Source of the DNA: Gemmataceae bacterium
GTDB taxonomy: Bacteria; Planctomycetota; Planctomycetia; Gemmatales; Gemmataceae
Assembly: GCA_031426095.1 (NCBI GenBank)
Contig: JANPKP010000593.1
Location: 1 to 45,055, forward strand
Reading direction: 5' to 3'
Length of the DNA: 45,055 nucleotides
This document shows positions 1 to 7,950 of this stretch, one piece after another (positions within the stretch are counted from its first letter, which is position 1; each line of letters starts with the position of its first letter). A program made the translations under genes and the position numbers. The notes under the pieces were generated by a model. The model saw nothing but the letters and a program-made list of their open reading frames with translations, had not been told where the DNA came from and made no database searches.

Positions 1-75
1 GGGCCCTCCCCCCCCCCCCCCCCCGCCCCCGGGCGGGCCCCCCCCGCCGGCCGGGTGGGTGTGCCCCCCCACCCG
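1..75. repeat. C-rich homopolymer block (G-rich on minus strand) just 3' of the M20 hydrolase gene
   Basis: Hand count: C17 at 8-24, C5 at 26-30, C8 at 38-45, C7 at 64-70, separated by short G runs. Confidence 0.9.
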
Positions 76-80
76 ACTTC

Positions 81-1310
81 TCAATGCCGGTCCAACTCCG
101 CTTCCAGGAAGCGGACCATCACCCCCAACGCGGCCCGCACGTCCTCGCGGCGGACGCTCTCGCCGGGGTGGTGGCTGACGCCGCCGGGGCTGCGCACGAA
201 CAGCATCGCCGCCGGGCAGAAGTCGGCCATCACGACCGCGTCGTGCCCGGCCCCGCTCACCACGGCTTCCGGGGGGTGGCCGCCGGCTTCGAGGGCGGCC
301 GCGAGGCGGGCCGTCAGGCCGGGGTCGCACGGCACCGCCGCCTGATCGAGCGCCGGCTCCACCGACCCGCCCACGCCGCGGCTTCGGCCGGTCGTCTCGG
401 CTTCAGCGAAGAGACCCGCCACCGCCCGCGCCCGCACCGCGTCGTCGGCGTGCCGCACGTCCACGCTCAAACGGACCTCGCCGGGCACCACGTTCCCCGC
501 GTTCGGCGACACGGTGAGGCTGCCCACCGTCGCCCGCAGCCCGGGCGTCGAACGGCCGCACGCCTCCACGGCCGACACGAAGGCGGCGGCGGCGGCGAGG
601 GCGTCGCGCCGCAGTTCCATCGGCTGGGTGCCGGCGTGCCCCGCCTTCCCGGTGAACGTGATCCACGCCCGCGTTTGGCCCATGATGGCCGGCACCACCC
701 CGAGCGACAACCCCTTCGCCTCCAGCACCGGCCCCTGCTCGATGTGGGCCTCGAAGTACCCCACCACAGACCCGGCCGGGTACGCCGCGTCCGGCACGTC
801 GGCCGGGTGCAGGCCGTAGGCGCGAATGGCGTCGGCCACCGTGAAGCCGTCCGCGTCCCGCCGGTGCAGCAACTCGTCCGTGAGCTTGCCGCACACCGCG
901 AGGCTGCCGAGGTACGGCGTGCGGAAGCGGACCCCTTCCTCCTCCGAGAACGCGGCCACGTCGAGCGTGTTGAGGAACGTGCGACCGTGCAGCGCCTTCG
1001 CCGCCGCGATGCCGAGGAGGACGCCGAGAACGCCGTCGTACTTCCCGGCGTCCGGTACCGTGTCGACGTGCGACCCGACCACGAACACGCGGTGCTCGCC
1101 GGCGCTCCCGAGGGTGCGGCCGATGACGTTGCCGACGGCGTCGAGCCGGGCGTGGAGGCCGGCCTTGAGCATCCACTCGGTGAGCAGGTCGTGGACGGCG
1201 TGGGCGGGCGGCTTGAGGAACGTGCGGGTGAGCCGGCCGGGCTCCTCGCTGAGCCGGCCGAGGGCGTCGCAGCGGTGCAATACCTCGTCGGCGAGGGCGT
1301 CCAGGTCCAT
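81..1310 (-). CDS. M20-family amidohydrolase (allantoate amidohydrolase / N-carbamoyl-amino-acid or AmaB-type beta-ureidopropionase group)
   Basis: ORF 81..1763 trimmed to the ATG at 1308-1310 (MDLDALADEVLHRCDALG...), 409 aa. Family-like blocks GSHVDTVPDAGKYDG, FSEEEG, GHAGTQPM, SGAGHDA. The discarded N-terminal part overlaps xdhA on the other strand. Confidence 0.85.
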   Translation of the reverse strand: MDLDALADEVLHRCDALGRLSEEPGRLTRTFLKPPAHAVHDLLTEWMLKAGLHARLDAVGNVIGRTLGSAGEHRVFVVGSHVDTVPDAGKYDGVLGVLLGIAAAKALHGRTFLNTLDVAAFSEEEGVRFRTPYLGSLAVCGKLTDELLHRRDADGFTVADAIRAYGLHPADVPDAAYPAGSVVGYFEAHIEQGPVLEAKGLSLGVVPAIMGQTRAWITFTGKAGHAGTQPMELRRDALAAAAAFVSAVEACGRSTPGLRATVGSLTVSPNAGNVVPGEVRLSVDVRHADDAVRARAVAGLFAEAETTGRSRGVGGSVEPALDQAAVPCDPGLTARLAAALEAGGHPPEAVVSGAGHDAVVMADFCPAAMLFVRSPGGVSHHPGESVRREDVRAALGVMVRFLEAELDRH

Positions 1311-1345
1311 GCGAGTCCCACGCGGTTGGAACGAGCGGCCGGCGC

Positions 1346-1373
1346 TTGTCGGGGGAGAGGATTCGTGTAGACT
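1346..1373 (+). promoter_or_regulatory. Putative sigma70-like promoter for xdhA (TTGTCG-16 nt-TAGACT)
   Basis: Hexamers at 1346-1351 and 1368-1373 in the 135-bp divergent spacer. Pattern match only. Confidence 0.3.
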
Positions 1374-1445
1374 ACCGTAATCCCCCACGCCGGCAACGGG
1401 CCACCCCCTCCCTTCGGGCCCGCTCCGCTCGGAGCTTCCCGCTTC

Positions 1446-2870
1446 ATGCGCGACCACGTCCGGTTCCACCTGAACGGCCGGCCGCACGCCGTCCGCGGCG
1501 GCGACGCCTTCGCCCCCCTCACCGACTACGTCCGCAACACCTGCGGGCTCCCCGGCACGAAGGTCGTCTGCGCCGAGGGCGACTGCGGGGCCTGCACCGT
1601 TCTCGTCGGCCGGCCCGACGGCGGCGGGGTGAAGTACCTCCCCGTCGATTCGTGCATCCAGTTCGTCTACCAACTGGATGGCACGCACGTCGTCACGGTC
1701 GAGGGGTTGCCCGAAACCGGCGACGACCTGCACCCCGTCCAGAAGGCGATGGTGGAGTGCCACGGGTCGCAGTGCGGGTACTGCACGCCGGGGTTCGTGA
1801 TGGCCCTCGCCGGGTGGGCCGAGGGCGGGGCGGACGCCGACCCCGCGGCCGTCCGCACCGCCCTCACGGGCAACCTCTGCCGCTGCACCGGCTACCTCCC
1901 CATCCTCGACGCCGCGAGTGCGATCAGCCGCACCCCGCCCGCGAGGCTGGCCGACCGCCCGGACGCGCCCGCTTTAGGGAAAGAACTGGCAACGCTGACC
2001 GCGGAGCCGCTGACGGTGGGCGACGGCCGGCGGACGTTCGTCGCCCCCACCACGCTCGCCGACGCCGTCGCCTTCAAGGCCGCGAACCCGGCCGCCGTGC
2101 TGGTGAGCGGCGGCACCGAACTCGGCGTCCTCCGCAACAAGCGCGGGTACGACCCCGACACGCTCCTGAGCCTCGCCCGCGTCCCCGGCCTCGACCGCAT
2201 CGAACATGACGGCGACCGCCTCCTCATCGGCGCGAACGTGACGTGGAGCCAGATCGAACGCGAAGTCGCGCCGCTGATTCCCGCGTTCGGCCCCATCGTC
2301 CGCCGCTTCGGCTCGCCGCAGATTCGCAACGTCGGCACCCTCGCCGGCAACGTGGTGAACGGCTCGCCCATCGCCGACTCGCTCCCGCTCCTGATGGTGC
2401 TCGACGCGGAAGTCGAGATCGCCGGCCCGAGGGGCACCCGCACCCGCCCGCTCGCCGGCTTCTACACGGGGTACAAGCAGAAGGACCTCGCCGCCGACGA
2501 ACTGCTCACACGCATCGTCCTGCCGCTCCCCACGCCCGGCGACCGGCTGCGGCTCTACAAGGTGTCGCGGCGGACCGACCTCGACATCGCCACCTTCGGG
2601 GCGGCGGTGCGAATCCGCGAGGCGAACGGCACCATCGAGCGGGCGGCGGTCGCCTACTCGGGCATGGCGGCCACGGTGGTGCGGCTGCCGAGAACGGAAG
2701 CGGCCCTCGCCGGCGGACCGTTCCGCGAGGCGACGTTCCGCCAGGCGGGCACCGTGGCCCGCGGCGAGGTGTCGCCGCTGACCGACGTTCGGGGCGGCCG
2801 AGACTACCGCGGCGAGTTGGCCGCGAACGTGCTGGTGAAGTTCTTCTTCGAGGAAGCCGGCGGGGATTGA
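1446..2870 (+). CDS. xdhA: Xanthine dehydrogenase small subunit ([2Fe-2S] + FAD-binding)
   Basis: 474 aa. Motifs CAEGDCGACTV and CHGSQCGYCTPGF/CRCTGY for the two 2Fe-2S clusters, followed by a FAD-binding/CO-dehydrogenase flavoprotein-like region. Confidence 0.9.
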   Translation: MRDHVRFHLNGRPHAVRGGDAFAPLTDYVRNTCGLPGTKVVCAEGDCGACTVLVGRPDGGGVKYLPVDSCIQFVYQLDGTHVVTVEGLPETGDDLHPVQKAMVECHGSQCGYCTPGFVMALAGWAEGGADADPAAVRTALTGNLCRCTGYLPILDAASAISRTPPARLADRPDAPALGKELATLTAEPLTVGDGRRTFVAPTTLADAVAFKAANPAAVLVSGGTELGVLRNKRGYDPDTLLSLARVPGLDRIEHDGDRLLIGANVTWSQIEREVAPLIPAFGPIVRRFGSPQIRNVGTLAGNVVNGSPIADSLPLLMVLDAEVEIAGPRGTRTRPLAGFYTGYKQKDLAADELLTRIVLPLPTPGDRLRLYKVSRRTDLDIATFGAAVRIREANGTIERAAVAYSGMAATVVRLPRTEAALAGGPFREATFRQAGTVARGEVSPLTDVRGGRDYRGELAANVLVKFFFEEAGGD

Positions 2871-2876
2871 TGTTCT

Positions 2877-2933
2877 TGTGGCACCGGCCTCTGGCCGGTG
2901 CGAGTCATGCACCGGCTAGTGGCCGGTGCCACA
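2877..2933. repeat. 57-nt compound palindrome (two sub-hairpins or one cruciform) in the xdhA-xdhB spacer
   Basis: TGTGGCACCGGCCtctGGCCGGTGCgagtcatGCACCGGCtagtGGCCGGTGCCACA. The outer arms and each half are self-complementary. Confidence 0.85.
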
Positions 2934-2956
2934 AATCAACGACCGCGGACCGACTC

Positions 2957-5350
2957 ATGCCCACCCTCGGCCAACCCCTGCCGCACGACTCCGCCGCCGA
3001 ACACGCCCGCGGCGACGCCGTTTACGTGGACGACGTGCCGCCGCTGCGGGGCGAACTCACCGTCGATTTCGTCGGCAGCCCGCTCGCCCACGGTACGATC
3101 ACCGCCGTCGATGTCGCGGACGCCCGCAAGGTGCCCGGCGTGGTCGCCGTCTTCACGGCCGCGGACGTGCCCGAGAACAGCACCGGCCCCGTCTTCCACG
3201 ACGAGGAAGTGTTGGCGTCGGAGGTCGTGCTGTACGTCGGCCAGCCGGTCGTCGCCGTCGCCGGGGAGAGCCGCGAGGCCGTCCACGCGGCGATGAAACT
3301 CGTGCGGCTGACCATCGAGCCGCTGCCGCCCGTCGTCACCATCGAGGCGGCACTGGCGAAGCGGCAGTTCATCGGCCCCACGCGGAAAATCGCCCGCGGC
3401 GACGCGGCCAGGGCGCTCGACGCGGCGGAACACCGGCTCACTGGCGAGTTCGTCATCGGCGGGCAGGAGCACTTCTACCTCGAATCCCAGGCGGCCGTGG
3501 CGGTGCCGGGTGAGGGGGGGGCGGTCGTCGTCCACTCGTCCACGCAGAACCCGACGGAGATTCAGTCCGTCGTCGGCCGCGCCCTGAAGATACCGCTCGC
3601 CCAGGTGGTGTGCGTCTGCAAGCGGATGGGCGGCGGCTTCGGCGGCAAGGAAACTCAGGCCGCTCTCCCGGCGATCCTCGCGGCGCTGGTGGCGAGCAAG
3701 ACCCGCCGCCCGGCCCGCATGGTCCTGCACCACGAGCAGGACTTCGCCGCCACCGGCAAGCGGCACCCGTACTTGTCGCGGTACGACGTGGGCTTCACGG
3801 CCGACGGCACGATCACGGCGTTGAAGGCCGAGTTCTACTCGAACGGCGGCTTCTCGGCCGACTTGTCGCTGGCGGTGATGGAACGGACACTCCTGCACGG
3901 CGAGAGCGCGTACTACATCCCGGACGTGGAGTTCACCGGGGCCGTGTGCCGGACGAACCTGCCGTCGAACACGGCCTTCCGCGGCTTCGGCGGGCCGCAG
4001 GGCGTGGCCGCGATGGAGAACGTCATCCAGGAAGTGGCGGCCTTCCTCCACCTCGACGCCCTCCACGTGCGGCGGGCGAACCTCTACGGCGGCGAGGGCC
4101 GAAATGTCGCCCCTTACGGCCAGGTGATCCGCAACAACCCGCTCCCCGCCATCCTCGACCGGCTCGCGACGACGAGCGAGTACGAGAAACGCCGCGAGGC
4201 GATCACAGACTTCAACGCCCGGTCGAAGACGCACCGCAAGGGGCTGGCGTTGACGCCCGTGAAGTTCGGCATCAGTTTCACCCGGCGGACGCTCAACCAG
4301 GGGAACGCCCTCGTCAACGTCTACCTCGACGGCACCGTGCAGGTGTCCAGCGGCGGCACCGAGATGGGGCAGGGTTTAACGACCAAGCTCCGTCAGCTCG
4401 TGGCGGATCGTTTGGGAATCGCCGCCGACGGCGTGCGGGTGATGGCGACCTCCACCGAGAAGAACAACAACACCTCGCCGACCGCGGCTTCGACCGGCAC
4501 CGACATCAACGGGGCGGCCGCGGTGAAGGCGGCCGACGCCATCCGCGACCGCCTCGCTGCCGTGGCCGCCCGTCACTTCGTACAGGACAACCTCGAAGCG
4601 GTGCCGGAGGCGGTCGATTTTGCCGACGGGTTCGCCTTCGACCGCCGCGACCCGGCCCGCCGCATCGCCTTCCCGAAGCTCGTGCAGGACGCCTACGAGA
4701 AGCGAGTGGACCTCGGGGCCCGCGGCTTCTTCGCCACCCCCGGCGTCGATTTCAACCGCGAGACGGGCCGCGGCACGCCGTTCAAGTACTACACCTGCGG
4801 GGCCGCGTGTGCCGAGGTGGTGGTCGATCGCTTCACGGGCGAACTGGCGGTGGAGCGCGTCGATCTGCTGATGGACCTGGGCCGCATGATTAACCCGGCC
4901 ATCGACCGCGGCCAAGTCGTGGGCGGGTTCGTGCAGGGGATGGGATGGGTGACGACGGAGGCCCTCGTGTACGGCCCCGACGGCCGGCTCTGGTCGGACT
5001 CGGCGACGACGTACAAGATTCCGAACGTGACCGACGTGCCGGCCGCCTTCCGGCTCGACTGGTTCGACGGCCCCGACGACCCGAACGCGGTGTGCGGCGG
5101 CAAGGCGGTGGGCGAACCCCCCTTATTGCTCGCGCTCGCGGTGTGGGCGGCGGCGAAGGACGCAGTGGCGACCGCCGCCCCCGGCCGCCGGCCGTCGCTC
5201 GACCTCCCGGCCACCGGCGAGGAGATGCTGCGGCGGCTGACCCAGGTGCAGACGCCCGCGGAGCATGACGTGCAACCGGACGGCCACCTGAACGGGGCGG
5301 AGCGCGTCCGCCCGGCGGTGGCCCCGGTGCCCTCGACGGCGGTGGTGTGA
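2957..5350 (+). CDS. xdhB: Xanthine dehydrogenase molybdopterin-binding large subunit
   Basis: ORF 2243..5350 trimmed to the ATG at 2957 (MPTLGQPLPHDSAAEHARGDAVYVDD...), 797 aa. Has GGGFGGKE, aldehyde oxidase/XDH a/b hammerhead and Mo-binding domain-like sequence. Confidence 0.9.
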   Translation: MPTLGQPLPHDSAAEHARGDAVYVDDVPPLRGELTVDFVGSPLAHGTITAVDVADARKVPGVVAVFTAADVPENSTGPVFHDEEVLASEVVLYVGQPVVAVAGESREAVHAAMKLVRLTIEPLPPVVTIEAALAKRQFIGPTRKIARGDAARALDAAEHRLTGEFVIGGQEHFYLESQAAVAVPGEGGAVVVHSSTQNPTEIQSVVGRALKIPLAQVVCVCKRMGGGFGGKETQAALPAILAALVASKTRRPARMVLHHEQDFAATGKRHPYLSRYDVGFTADGTITALKAEFYSNGGFSADLSLAVMERTLLHGESAYYIPDVEFTGAVCRTNLPSNTAFRGFGGPQGVAAMENVIQEVAAFLHLDALHVRRANLYGGEGRNVAPYGQVIRNNPLPAILDRLATTSEYEKRREAITDFNARSKTHRKGLALTPVKFGISFTRRTLNQGNALVNVYLDGTVQVSSGGTEMGQGLTTKLRQLVADRLGIAADGVRVMATSTEKNNNTSPTAASTGTDINGAAAVKAADAIRDRLAAVAARHFVQDNLEAVPEAVDFADGFAFDRRDPARRIAFPKLVQDAYEKRVDLGARGFFATPGVDFNRETGRGTPFKYYTCGAACAEVVVDRFTGELAVERVDLLMDLGRMINPAIDRGQVVGGFVQGMGWVTTEALVYGPDGRLWSDSATTYKIPNVTDVPAAFRLDWFDGPDDPNAVCGGKAVGEPPLLLALAVWAAAKDAVATAAPGRRPSLDLPATGEEMLRRLTQVQTPAEHDVQPDGHLNGAERVRPAVAPVPSTAVV

Positions 5351-5351
5351 C

Positions 5352-6395
5352 ATGCCCGCCCCGAGCCTGCTCGCGGAGATCGAAGCGGCGGCAGTGGCCG
5401 GCTTGCCGTGCGCGTGCTGCACCGTCGTCGCCACCCGCGGATCGACGCCGCAGAAGGCCGGGGCGACGCTCCTCGTGTACGCCACCGGCACCCAGAGCGG
5501 CACCCTCGGCGGCGGCTGCGTCGAAGCCGAGGTGCGGCGGCGGGCGCTCCACTCGCTCGCGGCCGGCGACGGCGGGCCCGCGTTCCACACCTTCACTCTC
5601 GACGACAACTACGGCTGGGACGACGGCCTCATCTGCGGCGGCCGCATGACGATCCTCGCCGACCCGCTCGACCCCTCCGCCGGCGATTACTTCGAGCTCT
5701 TGCGGGAACTCGCCGATGGCGGGGTCGGTCGCACGGAAGTGATCGCGTTGCCCGACAACCGCGCGGGCCTGACCGTCGGATCGCGGCACCTGTTCTCCGC
5801 CGACGGCCGCCCGGTCGCGTCTCGCAACGGCCCCGCCGCCGACCTCGCCGCACGCCTTCCGGCACTCACGTCGCGATCGAAGCCGACGGTTGCCGACGGG
5901 CTGGCGTTCCTCCCCACGCCGCCACGCATCCGCCTCCTGATCGTCGGCGGCGGGCACGTCGGGCAGGCCGTCGCCAGGCTCGCGGCCGAGGTGGACTTCG
6001 ACGTGTGGGTGGCCGACGACCGCGACTCGCTCGTGAGCGTTGAACGCTTCCCGCACGCCGCCCGCCGCCTCGCCGGCGACATCGGCCGGACGCTCAAGGC
6101 GCTCGTGCCGGGAGTCACGCCCTCGACGTACTGCGTGATCGTCACCCGCGGCCACAACCACGACGAGGAAGCCCTGTTCCACCTCGCCCCGACGGCCGCC
6201 GGGTACGTCGGCATGATCGGCAGCCGGCGGAAGGTGAGGCTCATCTTCGACGACCTGCGGGCGAAGGGCGTGACCGACGACGCGCTCTCCCGCGTCCGCG
6301 CCCCGATCGGGTTGAACATCGGCTCCGAGGCGGTGAACGAGATCGCCGTGAGCATCGTGGCCGAGCTAATCGCGCGGCGCAGCGGCACGCTTTGA
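5352..6395 (+). CDS. xdhC: XdhC/CoxI-family molybdenum cofactor insertion chaperone
   Basis: 347 aa. Starts 1 nt after the xdhB stop. N-terminal XdhC_CoxI-like CxxC region and C-terminal Rossmann LLIVGGGHVGQAVARLA. Confidence 0.85.
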   Translation: MPAPSLLAEIEAAAVAGLPCACCTVVATRGSTPQKAGATLLVYATGTQSGTLGGGCVEAEVRRRALHSLAAGDGGPAFHTFTLDDNYGWDDGLICGGRMTILADPLDPSAGDYFELLRELADGGVGRTEVIALPDNRAGLTVGSRHLFSADGRPVASRNGPAADLAARLPALTSRSKPTVADGLAFLPTPPRIRLLIVGGGHVGQAVARLAAEVDFDVWVADDRDSLVSVERFPHAARRLAGDIGRTLKALVPGVTPSTYCVIVTRGHNHDEEALFHLAPTAAGYVGMIGSRRKVRLIFDDLRAKGVTDDALSRVRAPIGLNIGSEAVNEIAVSIVAELIARRSGTL

Positions 6396-6419
6396 CACAC
6401 CCTTCACGCGGAGGCGTCC

Positions 6420-7889
6420 GTGGGCGAAACTTCACTCCCGTCCCTGCCCGACACCGACCCCCGGTACATCAACGCCGACATGGCCCCGGTCCCCCTCGCG
6501 GGCCGCAAGTGGGGCGTCCGCGACATGGCCGCCCTGTGGGTGTCGATGGCCGCGTGCATCCCCACGTACTTCAGCGCGTCGTCGCTCATCGCCGGCGGCA
6601 TGAGCTGGTGGCAGGCCGTCCTCACCATCTTCGCGGCGAACGTCATCATCCTCGTGCCGATGATCGTCAACGCCCACGCCGGGACCAAGTACGGCATCCC
6701 GTTCCCGGTCTACTGCCGGGCCGCGTTCGGGCTCCGCGGGGCGAACGTGCCGGCCCTCGTGCGGGCCTTCGTGGCATGCGGGTGGTTCGGCATCCAGACG
6801 TGGATCGGCGGCACCGCCGTCCACACCATCCTCGCCGTGTTCGCGCCAGATGTCCTGGCCCAGCCGAAGCTCGACGTCCTCGACATCACGGCCGCCGAAC
6901 TCGGCTGCTTCCTCGTGTTCTGGGCGGTCAACGTCTTCGTCATCGTCCGCGGCATCGAGTCGATCCGCATCTTGCTGAACATCAAGGCCCCGCTCCTGAT
7001 CGCCCTCGGGCTGCTGCTCCTGGCGTGGGCGTACTCGGCGGCCGGCGGCTTCGGGGAGGCGCTGAGCCGGCCGTCGACGCTCGGCCCCGACAAGTTCTGG
7101 CTCGCGTTCGCCGCGGGGCTGACGGCCAACGTGAGCTTCTGGGCCACCCTGTCACTGAACATCCCCGACTTCTCGCGGTACGCCCGCACCCAGCGGGACC
7201 AGGTCGTCGGGCAGGCGGCCGGGCTGCCGACCACGATGGCCCTGTACGCCTTCATCGGCGTCGCCGTCACGTCGGCCGCGTACATCATTTACCCGAACGC
7301 CGACCAGAAGAAGTTGTGGGACCCGATCTACCTGCTCAACCAGTTCGACAACAAGACGGCCCTCGTATTCTCCATGCTGGCGATCTGCCTGGCGACGCTG
7401 GCGACGAACATCGCGGCGAACGTGGTCAGCCCGGCGAACGACTTCGCCCACCTGTGGCCGCGGCGGATCGGCTTCCGCGCCGGCGGCGTCATCACGGCCG
7501 TCCTCGGCGTCCTCATCATGCCGTGGAAGCTCCTGGCCCTGCCGGGCGACTACATCATCGTCTGGCTCGTCGGCGTGTCGGTGCTGCTCGGGTCCGTCGG
7601 GGGCGTGCTGGCGGCCGACTACGTGGTCGTGCGGCGGGCGCGGCTCCACCTCGCCGGCCTTTACCGCCGCGAAGGCCCGTACTGGTACGGCAATGGGTCT
7701 AACCCGGTAGCCCTGGTGGCGATGGCGGTCGGCATCGCCCCGTGCGTGCCGGGGTTTCTGGAGGTGATTAAACTCGTGGAGGTGGGCGACCCGTGGACGA
7801 CGATCTACAGCTATGCGTGGTTCGTGAGCTTCGGGCTGGCGTCCGCGGTGTATGTGGTGGGGATGGCAATGAGGAAGCGCCCCGTTTAG
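6420..7889 (+). CDS. NCS1-family nucleobase/hydantoin/allantoin:cation symporter
   Basis: 489 aa, GTG start, multi-TM. NCS1-type N-terminus DLAPVPxxxRxW-like (NADMAPVPLAGRKWGVRDMAALWVSM). Confidence 0.85.
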   Translation: MGETSLPSLPDTDPRYINADMAPVPLAGRKWGVRDMAALWVSMAACIPTYFSASSLIAGGMSWWQAVLTIFAANVIILVPMIVNAHAGTKYGIPFPVYCRAAFGLRGANVPALVRAFVACGWFGIQTWIGGTAVHTILAVFAPDVLAQPKLDVLDITAAELGCFLVFWAVNVFVIVRGIESIRILLNIKAPLLIALGLLLLAWAYSAAGGFGEALSRPSTLGPDKFWLAFAAGLTANVSFWATLSLNIPDFSRYARTQRDQVVGQAAGLPTTMALYAFIGVAVTSAAYIIYPNADQKKLWDPIYLLNQFDNKTALVFSMLAICLATLATNIAANVVSPANDFAHLWPRRIGFRAGGVITAVLGVLIMPWKLLALPGDYIIVWLVGVSVLLGSVGGVLAADYVVVRRARLHLAGLYRREGPYWYGNGSNPVALVAMAVGIAPCVPGFLEVIKLVEVGDPWTTIYSYAWFVSFGLASAVYVVGMAMRKRPV

Positions 7890-7940
7890 TGACGCGACCG
7901 GCGGTCTCATCTGGCGACCGCCGGTCGCGGCGCTAAACGG
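7882..7940. repeat. Family-2 palindromic element (full copy); likely bidirectional terminator between permease and mmsA
   Basis: CCGTTTAGtgacGCGACCGGCGGTCtcatctggcGACCGCCGGTCGCggcgCTAAACGG. Perfect 13-bp inner stem (7894-7906/7916-7928) plus 8-bp outer stem. The permease TAG (7887-7889) lies in the left arm. Confidence 0.85.
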
Positions 7941-7950
7941 CATTCTGCAC

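Noticed and set aside
1311-1763. N-terminal extensions of track ORFs: 81..1763, 2243..5350, 10176..11900, 17946..21341, 23140..24246, 24063..25616, 25659..27197, 26717..28294, 30133..31251, 31268..33526, 33244..34728, 33696..35702 and 35006..36481.
   Set aside because: The extensions overlap the upstream gene or its spacer, lack family similarity, and an internal start coincides with the beginning of the conserved protein (often with ATGA/GTGA coupling or an SD). I trimmed them accordingly.
1446-6395. Idea that the xdhABC-like enzyme is a uracil/thymine dehydrogenase (oxidative pyrimidine pathway) because of its pyrimidine-catabolic neighbours.
   Set aside because: No barbiturase or ureidomalonase genes are present and nothing in the sequence that I can read discriminates substrate. 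The conservative call is xanthine dehydrogenase family.
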